Positions 26,314 to 38,700 of a DNA stretch of 64,000 nucleotides are shown here, piece after piece (within the stretch, counting starts at the first letter, position 1; each line of letters opens with the position of its first letter). The position numbers were made by a program, and so were the translations under genes. The DNA is from Lepidodermella squamata (lineage: Eukaryota; Animalia; Gastrotricha). The stretch covers positions 1,302,001-1,366,000 of the forward strand of contig JBLDXI010000042.1 in assembly GCA_047495785.1 (NCBI GenBank), written 5' to 3'. The notes beneath the pieces were generated by a model, which worked only from the letters and a program-made list of their open reading frames with translations, was not told where the DNA came from and did not search any database.

Positions 26314-27972
26314 GGTAAATAGATTTAAGTTCACATTTGCTTGTAGCTTTTTACTATTATTTTCAGAATTCATCTCGCAAATAATTGTTCGCCGTCTTGA
26401 TGTTTCTGCCGATCTTCCGATAAATGAAATGTTCCAATTCAATGTTTTTCCTAGTAGTAGCCAATAAACGTATTGCACTTTTTCTAATAGTGTTTATTGA
26501 ATCAGAGTTATCAGATCGACTTGACTTAATATGAATCAAATCGCCACGAAACCGTAATTTGTCTGATCCTTGTGCTTCGTCCATTATATAATTTTTCTAA
26601 AAGATTACCTAAGCTGATTGCCATGCTCTTGGCTCTGTGGCAACCGAACCATATTCATCTCACAAGTTGGCACTACAGTTGCTTCCGGAACCCACCATAA
26701 AGATGACAGGTCTTAGTTTCAAGTTTTTCCATTGCATCACTATTGCTAAATCAAAATCCATCAAATAAAAATGCTTCCCTGCGTAAATCTATAATTTCAA
26801 ATCTTAATCACGGAAAATAAGGTTTATATCAAATCAAATCAAACCCAAAGCACTGATGAGAATATCAAATTTCAAATGTCATTAACACTGGGGTGAGGGG
26901 GAGCCACCGTCCCCTCCAACGACGTGGAGGGGAACTCCAAGGGGTGGTTCGAGTCCTTACCTATTACCCAGGAGAGTAGAGAAAAAGAAAAGGCTAGCGC
27001 AGCGTAAGCCTTGGAACTCTCCTGGATGGGGGCGCGTCGATAGGAGTTCCGGAGGAACGTAGTTCCTTACAAATGTTTTACATATACGCCGTAGATTACA
27101 TGCGAACGAAGTGAGATTACTCCTGGCGACCCCCCCCCGGGAACGAGTTAGTTAACAGGACATACTCCGATCGAGTCGCCCGATTTATGGTGGTATCCTG
27201 GACCCCTCAGTACCAACATAATTCTTTTTTAGCTCAATCGGAGCTTCCGTTGATTTTCTAGAAATTAGGACGGTTTTTTCCTATTTTACCGTATTTTTTG
27301 GTCACGTGACCCGGAATGGGTAGTATATGAGGGGACAGTAGGAGGATATAATAAGTACACCAAAAAACAAACCACGCTGACGGAAGCTTCCGAGCCAGCT
27401 GACAGGCTGGCCCCTCGCCCCTGGGGGAGAGGGGCCGACAAGAGATCATAAATTTACGATAGAGGCAAAAGAGCAAACGACAAAACAGCAAAACTTATTA
27501 CTCATAAGTTACCGTCCAAGGTTCAAGTTCCAAGGTCCAAGGTCGTGGGTACGAACCCAAGCTCTCGTTTAGCTGCCCTGCAATGATTTCTGCCATTCTC
27601 ATGCTTTGGTTCACGGCGTTTTCGTCATCACGCACAGCGAATCAGTTTGTCAATGTTATTCAATTGTACCCTGCTGAATGTTTTATAATAATTTTCCGAA
27701 GCAGTGAAATTCTAAGGGAAGGTCGTCGATTCGAACCCAAGCTCTCGTTTACCTGGTCTCCAATGGTCTCATTTTCTGTACACTCTAATAGAGGTGATAT
27801 GGCTTTTCTCTTAAAAAACTTTCAATTTACGGATAAAATTCCAGGGCTCCAAGTTTCTAACCACATTTTCAAGTGAGGGGTTCATAAACGCGCTTTCTCA
27901 TTTCCATATGCACAGAATTACATAAAGATTACATAAAGATGATAACAATAACAAACAATTAAAAGATATAGA

Positions 27973-28053
27973 TGTGTCGCGACCGGGACTCGAACCCTCC
28001 ATTAACTTTACATTTCACGATGTTACGCCGAAACCACTCGGCCACACAACACA
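27973..28053 (-). ncRNA. tRNA-derived (Pol III A/B-box) sequence inside element B
   Basis: Homologue of 12680-12756 with TGGCCGAGTGG and GGTTCGAGTCCC retained. Confidence 0.5.
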
Positions 28054-28616
28054 TCTGTCCTTGAAAAGCAATATGAAAATATTTAAAAAGAGAAAGCATG
28101 ATCAGAAAAAAAAGTTCGCAGCCCTATCCGGGATTCGAACCGGGAATCGCTAGATAATTCGCTTCTGATAGGCATTGGTTCCATTACCAAAATTACACAT
28201 TTTTCCTGCTGATTTTTTTCTTCTTAAAATCAATTTAATTTCTCTTGGTTTTTTTGCAGAATGAGCAATAAAAGTCGAAAGTTGAATTAAACCATTCACG
28301 TGAATTTTCATGCGTACAAAGTGCATTCCTGTCATATGGCCGACACGCGATTCAGCATCAGCTGTTTCACGGCGCAGCAAGCAAGCAAGAGGTTCGATTA
28401 TGTATACAAGCATCATTTACAACGATTTATTTCTCTTCAAAACAAGCTCCAATTCCTTAAACATTAAAACTGCTTATGCTGCTTACGCTCAAATCGGTAA
28501 CAGTGTGACAATACTGCTGCCAGAGGTTTCCTAGTCTATAATTTAAGTCTACTTACTACCGAAAAGCGGTGAGTAACATTTTCCTGACTAAATTTATTCT
28601 TTCAAATCTTTTTAAA

Positions 28617-29610
28617 GAAATTTTTCAAAATTTGAAATTCCAAAACAAGGTCGTAGGTTGGAGCCTGACATCTCGTTTTTTTGCTCTAAATTAATTTTCC
28701 CTTATCCCTGTGCTCTCGTTCTCGGCGTTTTTGTCATCAGGACCATCGATTCAACTTATCCCTGTCATTCAATTGTACGCTGATCAAAGTTTTTGGAGAA
28801 ATTTTTCAAAATTTGAAATTCCTAAACAAGGTTGTAGGTTGGAGCCTGACATCTCGTTTTTTTGCTCTCAATTAATTTTCCCTTATCCCTGTGCTCTCGC
28901 CCTCGGCGTTTTCGTCATCAGGACCATCGATTCAACTTATCCCTGTCATTCAAATGAGTCTTAAATACTGCCTTTTATGCTGCCTTTTTCAGCTAGTGGC
29001 AGTTCGTCAAGTACAGATGCTCCCCTGCTGTGTGCTTGCTGCCAAAGGATATCTACACCTAACTGTGACATCGATATCACTTTTGTGGAAGAGCCGGTCA
29101 CTGGGCGTATGTATGGTGCTCGTACTGCACGTTCAGTTTACGAAAACTGTACTTTGTGCCGTTGCTGTCGTCGTTACTTGCGAAACAATAACGCTGGCTT
29201 CGCTGCCGGTTGGCCAGCTCTGGTATACAGCTTGTTTTTCAAATCTCGGCGTTTTCGTCATCAGGACCATCGATTCAACTTATCCCTGTCATTCAATTGT
29301 ACGCTGATCGAATTTTTACAGGAAATTTTTCAAAATTTGAAATTCCAAAACAAGGTCGTAGGTTGGAGCCTGACATCTCGTTTTTTTGCTCTAAATTAAT
29401 TTTCCCTTATCCCTGTGCTCTCGTTCTCGGCGTTTTCGTCATCAGGACCATCGATTCAACTTATCCCTGTCATTCAATTGTACGCTGATCAAATTTTTAC
29501 AGGAAATTTTTCAAAATTTGAAATTCCAAAACAAGGTCGTACGTTGGAGCCTGACATCTCGTTTTTTTGCTCTAAATTAATTTTCCCTTATCCCTGTGCT
29601 CTCGTCCTCG
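28617..29610 (+). repeat. 181-bp satellite array (~4 units) interrupted by a captured 291-bp gene fragment
   Basis: Same unit as 34971-37140; 28955-29245 duplicates 30813-31103. Confidence 0.92.
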
Positions 29611-29798
29611 TCGGACCCAAGCTCTCGTTTCTTGAGTCTCTGTCATTGAATGTTCCCTGTCAATACCAGACGAATGAGTTTAAAAAAATTGAAATATAAC
29701 TTCCCGTTATAGACCCTAATTTCCGCCGACCTTAATGTACCTCTAATATATTGCTTTATTTTATTATCCTAGTTTTTTTATGATAATTTTTCTCTCGT

Positions 29799-32700
29799 AT
29801 GACGAAGCGAAAGCCTAAGTGGGAACCACGAAAGAGGGGCACCCGCGAATGTTCCTTTTGCTTTCGTAAAGGCGTCATAATTTCCACTCATTGTGGATTA
29901 GCCGGCTGCTCTAAGGGTAAAGCACAGCACCACTCCAAACCTTGCGTAAAGGTTCAACCTCCATCGCGTAATAGTGGCAGAAATGGATCTCAGCCCACTT
30001 GTAAGATAATTAATTACGAATTATGATAATAATCACGAAATCTTCTGGTGAATCTTCCTTAGCCGCGACTTCCTCACTCGGTGTTCAGACTACGTCGGAG
30101 CACTCGTTGGCTACTCAAGGTTTGTTCTTTTTATTCATTATCGGTTTTTTGTAAATATTAACCATTTTCAATAAGCTTCAGTCCCCTGCCGACCCGTTGC
30201 AGCTCCATCGGAGGAATCCCTGCCTCCTTTAGGTTCGTATATTTCCATCCGCATTTTCATGATATATGATGTCCATGTAGATATGGTATGTTCGCGTACT
30301 GTTCTGACTGCAGTGGAGCAATCGATAGCCTCTCAAGGTCAGTTACTTTCATTAGATTATATATTTTCAACTGCGAAAACTTCAACAATATTTCACGTAG
30401 CTGTCGTGTCTTCTCGAGTTGTTGGAGCTACCCCGCAAGAGTCGTTGCCTCCTGGTGACAATTTCTTGCAAGAATTCAACGCCGTTGGTGCATCCAGGCC
30501 ACCTCAGCTACTGAATTTGACTCAGCCATTTTGCCCAGTATGCGGCGCTAAAGGGAGGAAGATCATAACTCATTGCGATAATGAGGAATGTCGCATTAGT
30601 GGCCGCGGGCATCACGCTAATCCCTGTTTTCAGTTTGAACGACCCGAGCTGCAGGCAGGCCTTCAGGAGCAACGTAAGTATTATCCACCTATTACTAGCC
30701 TGTACTTAGCTAATATGACCTTTAATAACAATTCACATAGCTATGACAAATTCTCCAGCTGTTTCAACTGTATTGGAATCGCTGCCATCTTTGGGTTAGT
30801 TTGAATATTGGCTGAGTCTTAAATACTGCCTTTTATGCTGCCTTTTTCAGCTAGTGGCGGTTCGTCAAGTACAGATGCTCCCCTGCTGTGTGCTTGCTGC
30901 CAAAGGATATCTACACCTAACTGTGACATCGATATCACTTTTGTGGAAGAGCCGGTCACTGGGCGTATGTATGGTGCTCGTACTGCACGTTCAGTTTACG
31001 AAAACTGTACTTTGTGCCGTTGCTGTCGTCGTTACTTGCGAAACAATAACGCTGGCTTCGCTGCCGGTTGGCCAGCTCTGGTATACAGCTTGTTTTTCAA
31101 ATCAGCGAATAGTCACCTAGCATTAGCTCTCTCGAACTACATTTCGCCACTCATGAAGCTGATGTGGAGCGAGGTCGGCAGCTCACACGTTATGCGCGAC
31201 TCGCAGCCGTGGTTCGTGGACAAGACCCGCGATCTCGCTGACTTCAAGGCTAACATCTACAGAGATCCAGGTATTATTCCAACCTGTTATATGAGTTTAA
31301 GAATTCAGTTCTTCGTTAATACAGGGGGTTTCAGTTACGCGCTAAACACCTATCCTGTGCCCGATGTCATATGCCCACAAGGCTGCCTCGCTTTCATGGA
31401 GAAGTGTCAGTTGATCCCGTACCACCACCTGATCCAGCATGTCACAGGCAGCAATTTCTTCGATTCCGACTTGCGATGGTTCGAGTCAAGGCGACCCGAC
31501 TGGCCGTGCAACCCAGTGCCTTTCCTCGCTTGGGACTTCGCGGCTGCAATGATCATGGACGAGACAAAGGGCCTATGCATCCTTGCCTGCATTGACCACA
31601 GCAAGCCGGACCTGTTTTCCATGTACCTGCATCTCCCTGCGAATCCCGAGTTCGACCGGTTCCACGATCCGCAGCAGACCGAAATCTATGCACCCGTGCA
31701 CGTGCAGCCCAATTTCGTCAGAGGCGGGCGAGTCGGTCAGTCGAACGCATCAGTGCCAGTCACCAAAACTCTGGGTGATCAATTAGGTGTTGGTAGCTTC
31801 ACTTTGCGTGGTTCTCACTCGGCAAACCGCAAGCCTCTCAGCATCTATGACAGTGCCTTCAAGCCACACCTTCTGGCCTTGCGATACCGCCCCGACATTC
31901 GCAACACTGCAATCAGCAGGTTTGGCGAGGAACATGTTGCTCACGTTCTTGCTGATTTTGATCAGCATTGCCCAGCTGCTGTCGTGAGAAACCATGTCAG
32001 GGGTGGCACTTTCATCGAACTAGCTGACTCCTACTTCACCTGGGCTGTTCGCCGCAAAATCGCGACAGGTAAGTAAATTTCATTTATTGATTTTATAGTT
32101 TATAGATTATATAGAGGTATCGTTGTGCACTGTACTAATTCGGCTGATAGGATTGTAAGAATTGTAAGAACAGATGGGTCAATTTACTAAGTCACAACTA
32201 GGCGTGTCTGGGATGTGTTCGCGGTTCGCCAGGTTCGCCAAAACAGAGGTAGCATAATGCGAATTAGCACGTCGGCGGCATTATTTAGCGATATGTAATA
32301 TGTAGTGTAGTTCGAGAGGATAAGATTGGAAAGTTGCCACGCTTGATAAAAGCTTGTGTGGCCAGAAATTGTGGATTACATTGACATTCGAGTCGCAGTA
32401 GATAACCGGATTGTGTTTATTGAAGTTTCCCTCCGAGCAAACAACGAAAGGAACAACGAAAGGAATGCGTAGGTTCTGATTCGCCTGGAAGAAATAATGA
32501 AAAGCATGATGAGGCGACATGAAGCATCTTCCTGCGTCTCGTATGTTCGTAGAAACATTAATGGTGAGAACGCCAATCAGCGTCGCTTGAGTATTTCAAG
32601 GACCTTACAATAGCGATAGAGTCGGAACAATATCTGGTGCCAGTCAGTACGCGAAACCTTTCACGGGCGCAGGTGTAAATGTCAGTGACTTCGAGATAAC

Positions 32701-35700
32701 TCATTATCTGTAGCAGCACTTCGTCTAGAAGGTTTTCAGTGGCGCTCGGTTGTTAGACTGCCTATGATTTCATAAGGCCGATCGAACTGCTTCAAATTCT
32801 TAATATAGGAAACAAATCTTGAGATACAAGCTATGATAGCAATTCATAATTCATTATCCATTTTTTCCAATTGTCTTGCTTACGTGTTTCTTAATTTTAG
32901 GCACGAATACGTCGAAAACAGTGAAAGCCCCTTCGGAAAAGCTGATCTTCAATCCTGTCCACCCGAATGATGATTATGGCTTAATCCCTTGGGCGTTCAA
33001 GTCGAGTCGAGGTGATAACTTCAGTCAGCTCCTTACGCTTGTCGCCCACGTGGTGTCGTTGTGCAGGCCTGTGTACCGTGCTTCGTTGTCCCACCTGGTG
33101 CTTGGCAGTCCTGATTTAGCACGCGTCGACATCGGTGACTTGCTCAGTCATACAGTTTCGCTGCCGCGCCCGAAAACTCCTCGTACCCTGAATCTGTTGC
33201 ACCTGGCAAGAGATTTTTGGAAACTGACCAACCCTGAGTCGGATGGTGACGGATCTGATGATGATGAGGAATCCCCCGATGTCGTTATCCGGGCATTAAC
33301 CTTGATTGCAAGAATTACTGCGCCGATCAATGATGTCGAGTTGTCGTTTGGTGGATCTGTCCTTTTGGCGATAAGGAAGGGTGAAATTGTTGACGGCGAC
33401 GGAAGAAGTCTTCGAAGTCATGGTGAGTCATTCACTTTTGTTTTGGTGAAATTGAGGACTAATTTTGAATGACGTAAATAATCATAAATTTAGTAATTTT
33501 CACATCGCCTGAATCATATCTTTATAAGAGTTTATTTTGTGTTAACAGTGGGCAGGGTGCTCGTCATCCACGACGGTCAATCTCAGCTATTGACCGAATT
33601 CCAGTCTTCGCGTGAGCTGCTGCTGTGCCGCCCGGAAGGTGCCTTGCCGATCAAATGGCCTGCATTGCCTTTGTCGTTGAAAGCTGGCCATCACCTTCTA
33701 TTTGCCAGCGTCAAGTTTGGCTCTAAATTGTACATCGTTTTTCGATGGTCACCGAGCTTCAGTGGCTGGTGGACAGTAGAGCCTAGCGGGCGAGTGATTC
33801 GTGGTGTCAGCGATCAACTCATGCGCTCTGACGTCGAATTTGCGATTTACGCTCTGCCTGGCAACCAGACCTTCTGCAATCAGGCCGTGCGTCAATCGCT
33901 GGGTGGCCAGAGCAAGGCGGCATGCGAAATGCACTACGACTCCATCGAGTTCAACTTCACCCTGATGAAAGTGCCTGCCAAGCATAAGGTGAAGTGTTGC
34001 TTGCGATTGCCGGGAAGAGCTAATCAATGCGGCAAACCTGCTCAGTTGCGTTGTCCTGCTGGCTTGCAGAATGGCAGCATGTCGTGCAGTGTCGGCATCT
34101 GCCCGCGGTGCTTCAAAAAGCTTTCAGCGAACAGCATCACCAAGCTCTCAGCACCCGACTTTTTGCCTGATGTGCCTGAAGATGCTGAATTGCAACTGTC
34201 AGCTAGCAGGGTATCGAACTTGGAAGCTGAAGCCGATGAGGTCTTGCCCCAGCCCGAGCACGTTGATTTGGCTGCTGACATTCAGTTTCCTCGAGCTGAT
34301 GTTGAGCCGCTCTATGATCCCACCAAGGGAATTCTCGCCAAGTACCTCTGGCAGCACTTGGGAATTCTGCAGCGAACTAGGCTGGCTTTCGACTCTGCCC
34401 AAAAGTCGTTTCTACTGCAGCAGATGGTTGCTTTCGGTGATGCGCCGGCGACATCGATTTTGTTCCCAGAAGGTGCCTTGTTCCCGTCGCTTTTCTATTA
34501 CCAACGAGATGGAAGTGTTGTTGGGGCTTTGCCTTACCACCACTACTCGTCGAACGCATCAGGCTATTTTGGTGGAATCGGCTCGCTATCTGACCATGTT
34601 AAAGTGAGACTCCGCAACTTCTTCTTGGCAACAAGCTGGTCTTTTGCGTCGCTCTACTTCTCTTTTGACATGAAACTATCGGCGCAGCTGAACAGCAACA
34701 GCACGGCAATTTTCATGAAGCGTGGAACAGAAGGCCTGGCTGGTAAGGGCGCGGTTGGCTGGTCTCCTCCTGGCACTGCTTTGGAATACGAGGAGTTCGA
34801 CAAGGAGTCGAGGCTAAAGGAACTTGGCGCCCTAATCAAGCATGAAGAATGGAAGTGGTTCGGGACAATCACGTGCAATGATACAGGTTTGGAGATTTTA
34901 GCAAATAAGTAGCATCTTCCATACTTCAATTAAGTAGCAATTATGAAGTAAGCAATTTTTAAACCAAACTTTTTCGTCATCAGCACCATCGATTCAACTT
35001 ATCCCTGTCATTAAATTGTACGCTGATCAAATTTTTACAGGAAATTTTTCAAAATTTGAAATTCCAAAACAAGGTCGTAGGTTGGAGCCTGACATCTCGT
35101 TTTTTTGCTCTAAATTAATTTTCCCTTATCCCTGTGCTCTCGTCCTCGGCGTTTTCGTCATCAGGACCATCGATTCAACTTATCCCTGTCATTAAATTGT
35201 ACGCTGATCAAAGTTTTTGGAGAAATTTTTCAAAATTTGAAATTCCAAAACAAGGTTGTAGGTTGGAGCCTGACATCTCGTTTTTTTGCTCTGAATTAAT
35301 TTTCCCTTATCCCTGTGCTCTCGTCCTCGGCGTTTTCGTCATCAGGACCATCGATTCAACTTATCCCTGTCATTAAATTGTACGCTGATCAAAGTTTTTG
35401 GAGAAATTTTTCAAAATTTGAAATTCCAAAACAAGGTTGTAGGTTGGAGCCTGACATCTCGTTTTTTTGCTCTGAATTAATTTTCCCTTATCCCTGTGCT
35501 CTCGTCCTCGGCGTTTTCGTCATCAGGACCATCGATTCAACTTATCCCTGTCATTAAATTGTACGCTGATCAAATTTTTACAGGAAATTTTTCAAAATTT
35601 GAAATTCCAAAACAAGGTCGTGGGTTGGAGCCTGACATCTCGTTTTTTTGCTCTGAATTAATTTTCCCTTATCCCTGTGCTCTCGTCCTCGGCGTTTTCG

Positions 35701-38700
35701 TCATCAGGACCATCGATTCAACTTATCCCTGTCATTAAATTGTACGCTGATCAAAGTTTTTGGAGAAATTTTTCAAAATTTGAAATTCGTAAACAAGGTT
35801 GTAGGTTGGAGCCTGACATCTCGGTTTTTGCTCTAAATTAATTTTCCCTTATCCCTGTGCTCTCGTCCTCGGCGTTTTCGTCATCAGGACCATCGATTCA
35901 ACTTATCCCTGTCATTAAATTGTACGCTGATCAAAGTTTTTGGAGAAATTTTTCAAAATTTGAAATTCCAAAACAAGGTTGTAGGTTGGAGCCTGACATC
36001 TCGTTTTTTTGCTCTGAATTAATTTTCCCTTATCCCTGTGCTCTCGTCCTCGGCGTTTTCGTCATCAGGACCATCGATTCAACTTATCCCTGTCATTAAA
36101 TTGTACGCTGATCAAAGTTTTTGGAGAAATTTTTCAAAATTTGAAATTCCAAAACAAGGTTGTAGGTTGGAGCCTGACATCTCGTTTTTTTGCTCTGAAT
36201 TAATTTTCCCTTATCCCTGTGCTCTCGTCCTCGGCGTTTTCGTCATCAGGACCATCGATTCAACTTATCCCTGTCATTAAATTGTACGCTGATCAAAGTT
36301 TTTGGAGAAATTTTTCAAAATTTGAAATTCCAAAACAAGGTTGTAGGTTGGAGCCTGACATCTCGTTTTTTTGCTCTGAATTAATTTTCCCTTATCCCTG
36401 TGCTCTCGTCCTCGGCGTTTTCGTCATCAGGACCATCGATTCAACTTATCCCTGTCATTAAATTGTACGCTGATCAAATTTTTACAGGAAATTTTTCAAA
36501 ATTTGAAATTCAAAAACAAGGTCGTAGGTTGGAGCCTGACATCTCGTTTTTTTGCTCTGAATTAATTTTCCCTTATCCCTGTGCTCTCGTCCTCGGCGTT
36601 TTCGTCATCAGGACCATCGATTCAACTTATCCCTGTCATTAAATTGTACGCTGATCAAAGTTTTTGGAGAAATTTTTCAAAATTTGAAATTCCAAAACAA
36701 GGTTGTAGGTTGGAGCCTGACATCTCGTTTTTTTGCTCTGAATTAATTTTCCCTTATCCCTGTGCTCTCGTCCTCGGCGTTTTCGTCATCAGGACCATCG
36801 ATTCAACTTATCCCTGTCATTAAATTGTACGCTGATCAAAGTTTTTGGAGAAATTTTTCAAAATTTGAAATTCCAAAACAAGGTTGTAGGTTGGAGCCTG
36901 ACATCTCGTTTTTTTGCTCTGAATTAATTTTCCCTTATCCCTGTGCTCTCGTCCTCGGCGTTTTCGTCATCAGGACCATCGATTCAACTTATCCCTGTCA
37001 TTAAATTGTACGCTGATCAAATTTTTACAGGAAATTTTTCAAAATTTGAAATTCCAAAACAAGGTCGTAGGTTGGAGCCTGACATCTCGTTTTTTTGCTC
37101 TAAATTAATTTCCCTTATCCCTGTGCTCTTGTTCTCGTCGGACCCAAGCTCTCGTCTCTTGAGTCTCTAAATTTGTCTTTGATTCTCATGCTCAACACAT
37201 AATGCAAAATTCGTATTTCCAGGCACACCTGGTGTATGTGAAATCGTGAAGGCCCTAATGATAAACGCTCAAAGGCACCATGGTCCACGCCCTGTTCTGT
37301 CGAAGGCCGACTATCAGCGAACTTTTCGTCAGCGTCTGCTACTTGTTTCAAGGCTTGACGAGACCGAGTACAAGCGGCTGTACTACGCCCATTTTATCCT
37401 TATCAGCATGGCTTGGCAACGAGTGCAGGAGCATCTGATCGAGTTCCTGAAGCGCACGAATGTAGTTGGCACGGTCACCACTATTTTCGTCAGGAACGAA
37501 TTTCAAAGCGAATCACTCGTTGGCAACAAAAGTCATCTGCATATGGGCATTTCAGTACGCGAAAGCCGGGCAGAACTGCTGGAGAAGGTTTGCTGTGATC
37601 CTCGTGAATTCTTCTCGGAGCGGTACGGCACGTCATTCGACGAGCTTCAGCGCTTGAGGTTGGTCGAAAGCCGAGATCACTTCGAGCTGCTCAAGGAGGT
37701 CCATTACCCCTTCCAACGTCACGAATGCGAGAAAGCGTTTTGGAAATGTCAAGTTCCACGCGGCGAAGGTGGGGAAATGGTTTGCCGAGTTCGCCAGCAC
37801 GGTGTCTCCAGCAGCAACTATTTGGAAGAATTCCGCAACCTGTACTCCGAGGATACCCTGAAAGAGCTGCAATCCCTAGACCTCGCCAGAGAAGTGCCCA
37901 ATCCCACTGGCGACTTTGACTGGGAATTTCTGGCTGATCAGCTCAAGTCCGGCGTGTACCACTACGCGATTAAGCATCTCGAGAAGGGCGTGAAGTTCAT
38001 TCCCCAAATCCCGATCATCGCGGCAATGATGGGCGGCTCCACGAACTTTCAGATTTGCGATTCTCATTTCAGCGTATCTTACCTGACGAGCTACGTTGCC
38101 AGCTCCGACGCTCGTCCAGAAGCTTACGCTGCAACGACAGATGTTCCGGGCCAGGTCGTTGCTTTGTTCCCTGCTGGTTTTGAGCGAGGTCAAAAGCTTG
38201 CTAGTGTTCGGTGAGTGATATCTTTGCAGAGTTTATTGACTTTTTGAAAAACATGGACATTTTCAGGAAAGTGATGGAAGCGAAGCTGAAGCACTTCCGT
38301 CGTGAAAGCATGCAGAGCTTTATCTTCATCGCCTTGACAGAAGTTGCATGGTTCGCGTTGGGGTTTCCCTACACCATCACAAACGTCGGTTTCGTGCACA
38401 TCAACACGCACCCACCAGCTTCGCGGCTGATGTTGTGGCGACCGAAAGAAGCAGTGAAAAAGCGACTACCGGGTATGCTCTTGAGAATAGTTATTTTGAA
38501 TATTTTCAAATAATATTCGATAAACAGGTACAGATGTCGTTGCTGTCGACCCAAACTACAACCGTCGGGGCCTGCCTGAGTGGCGCTTGTTCACGGAAGC
38601 GTGCATTCGCCTGATCATGAAAATGAGTGGCACGAATCTGCACGCTGGCCCTGTGGAGAAATTCGAGATTCGACCTCCCGAGGCTCGTGTCTTTGCGTCA

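Larger units (their letters stand above)
12265..27436 (+). mobile_element. Autonomous-type Helitron-like element A (~15.2 kb)
   Basis: Contains the Rep-Pif1-GIY-YIG gene and is bounded by terminal hairpins at 12237-12264 (previous unit) and 27409-27436. Exact junction is inferred. Confidence 0.75.

Noticed and set aside
34971-37140. Hammerhead ribozyme/retrozyme: minus strand of each unit reads CTGATGA-C-GAAA
   Set aside because: Only one nucleotide where stem II should be, no stem III or NUH site that I can build, and array A has CTGATGG, breaking the core.
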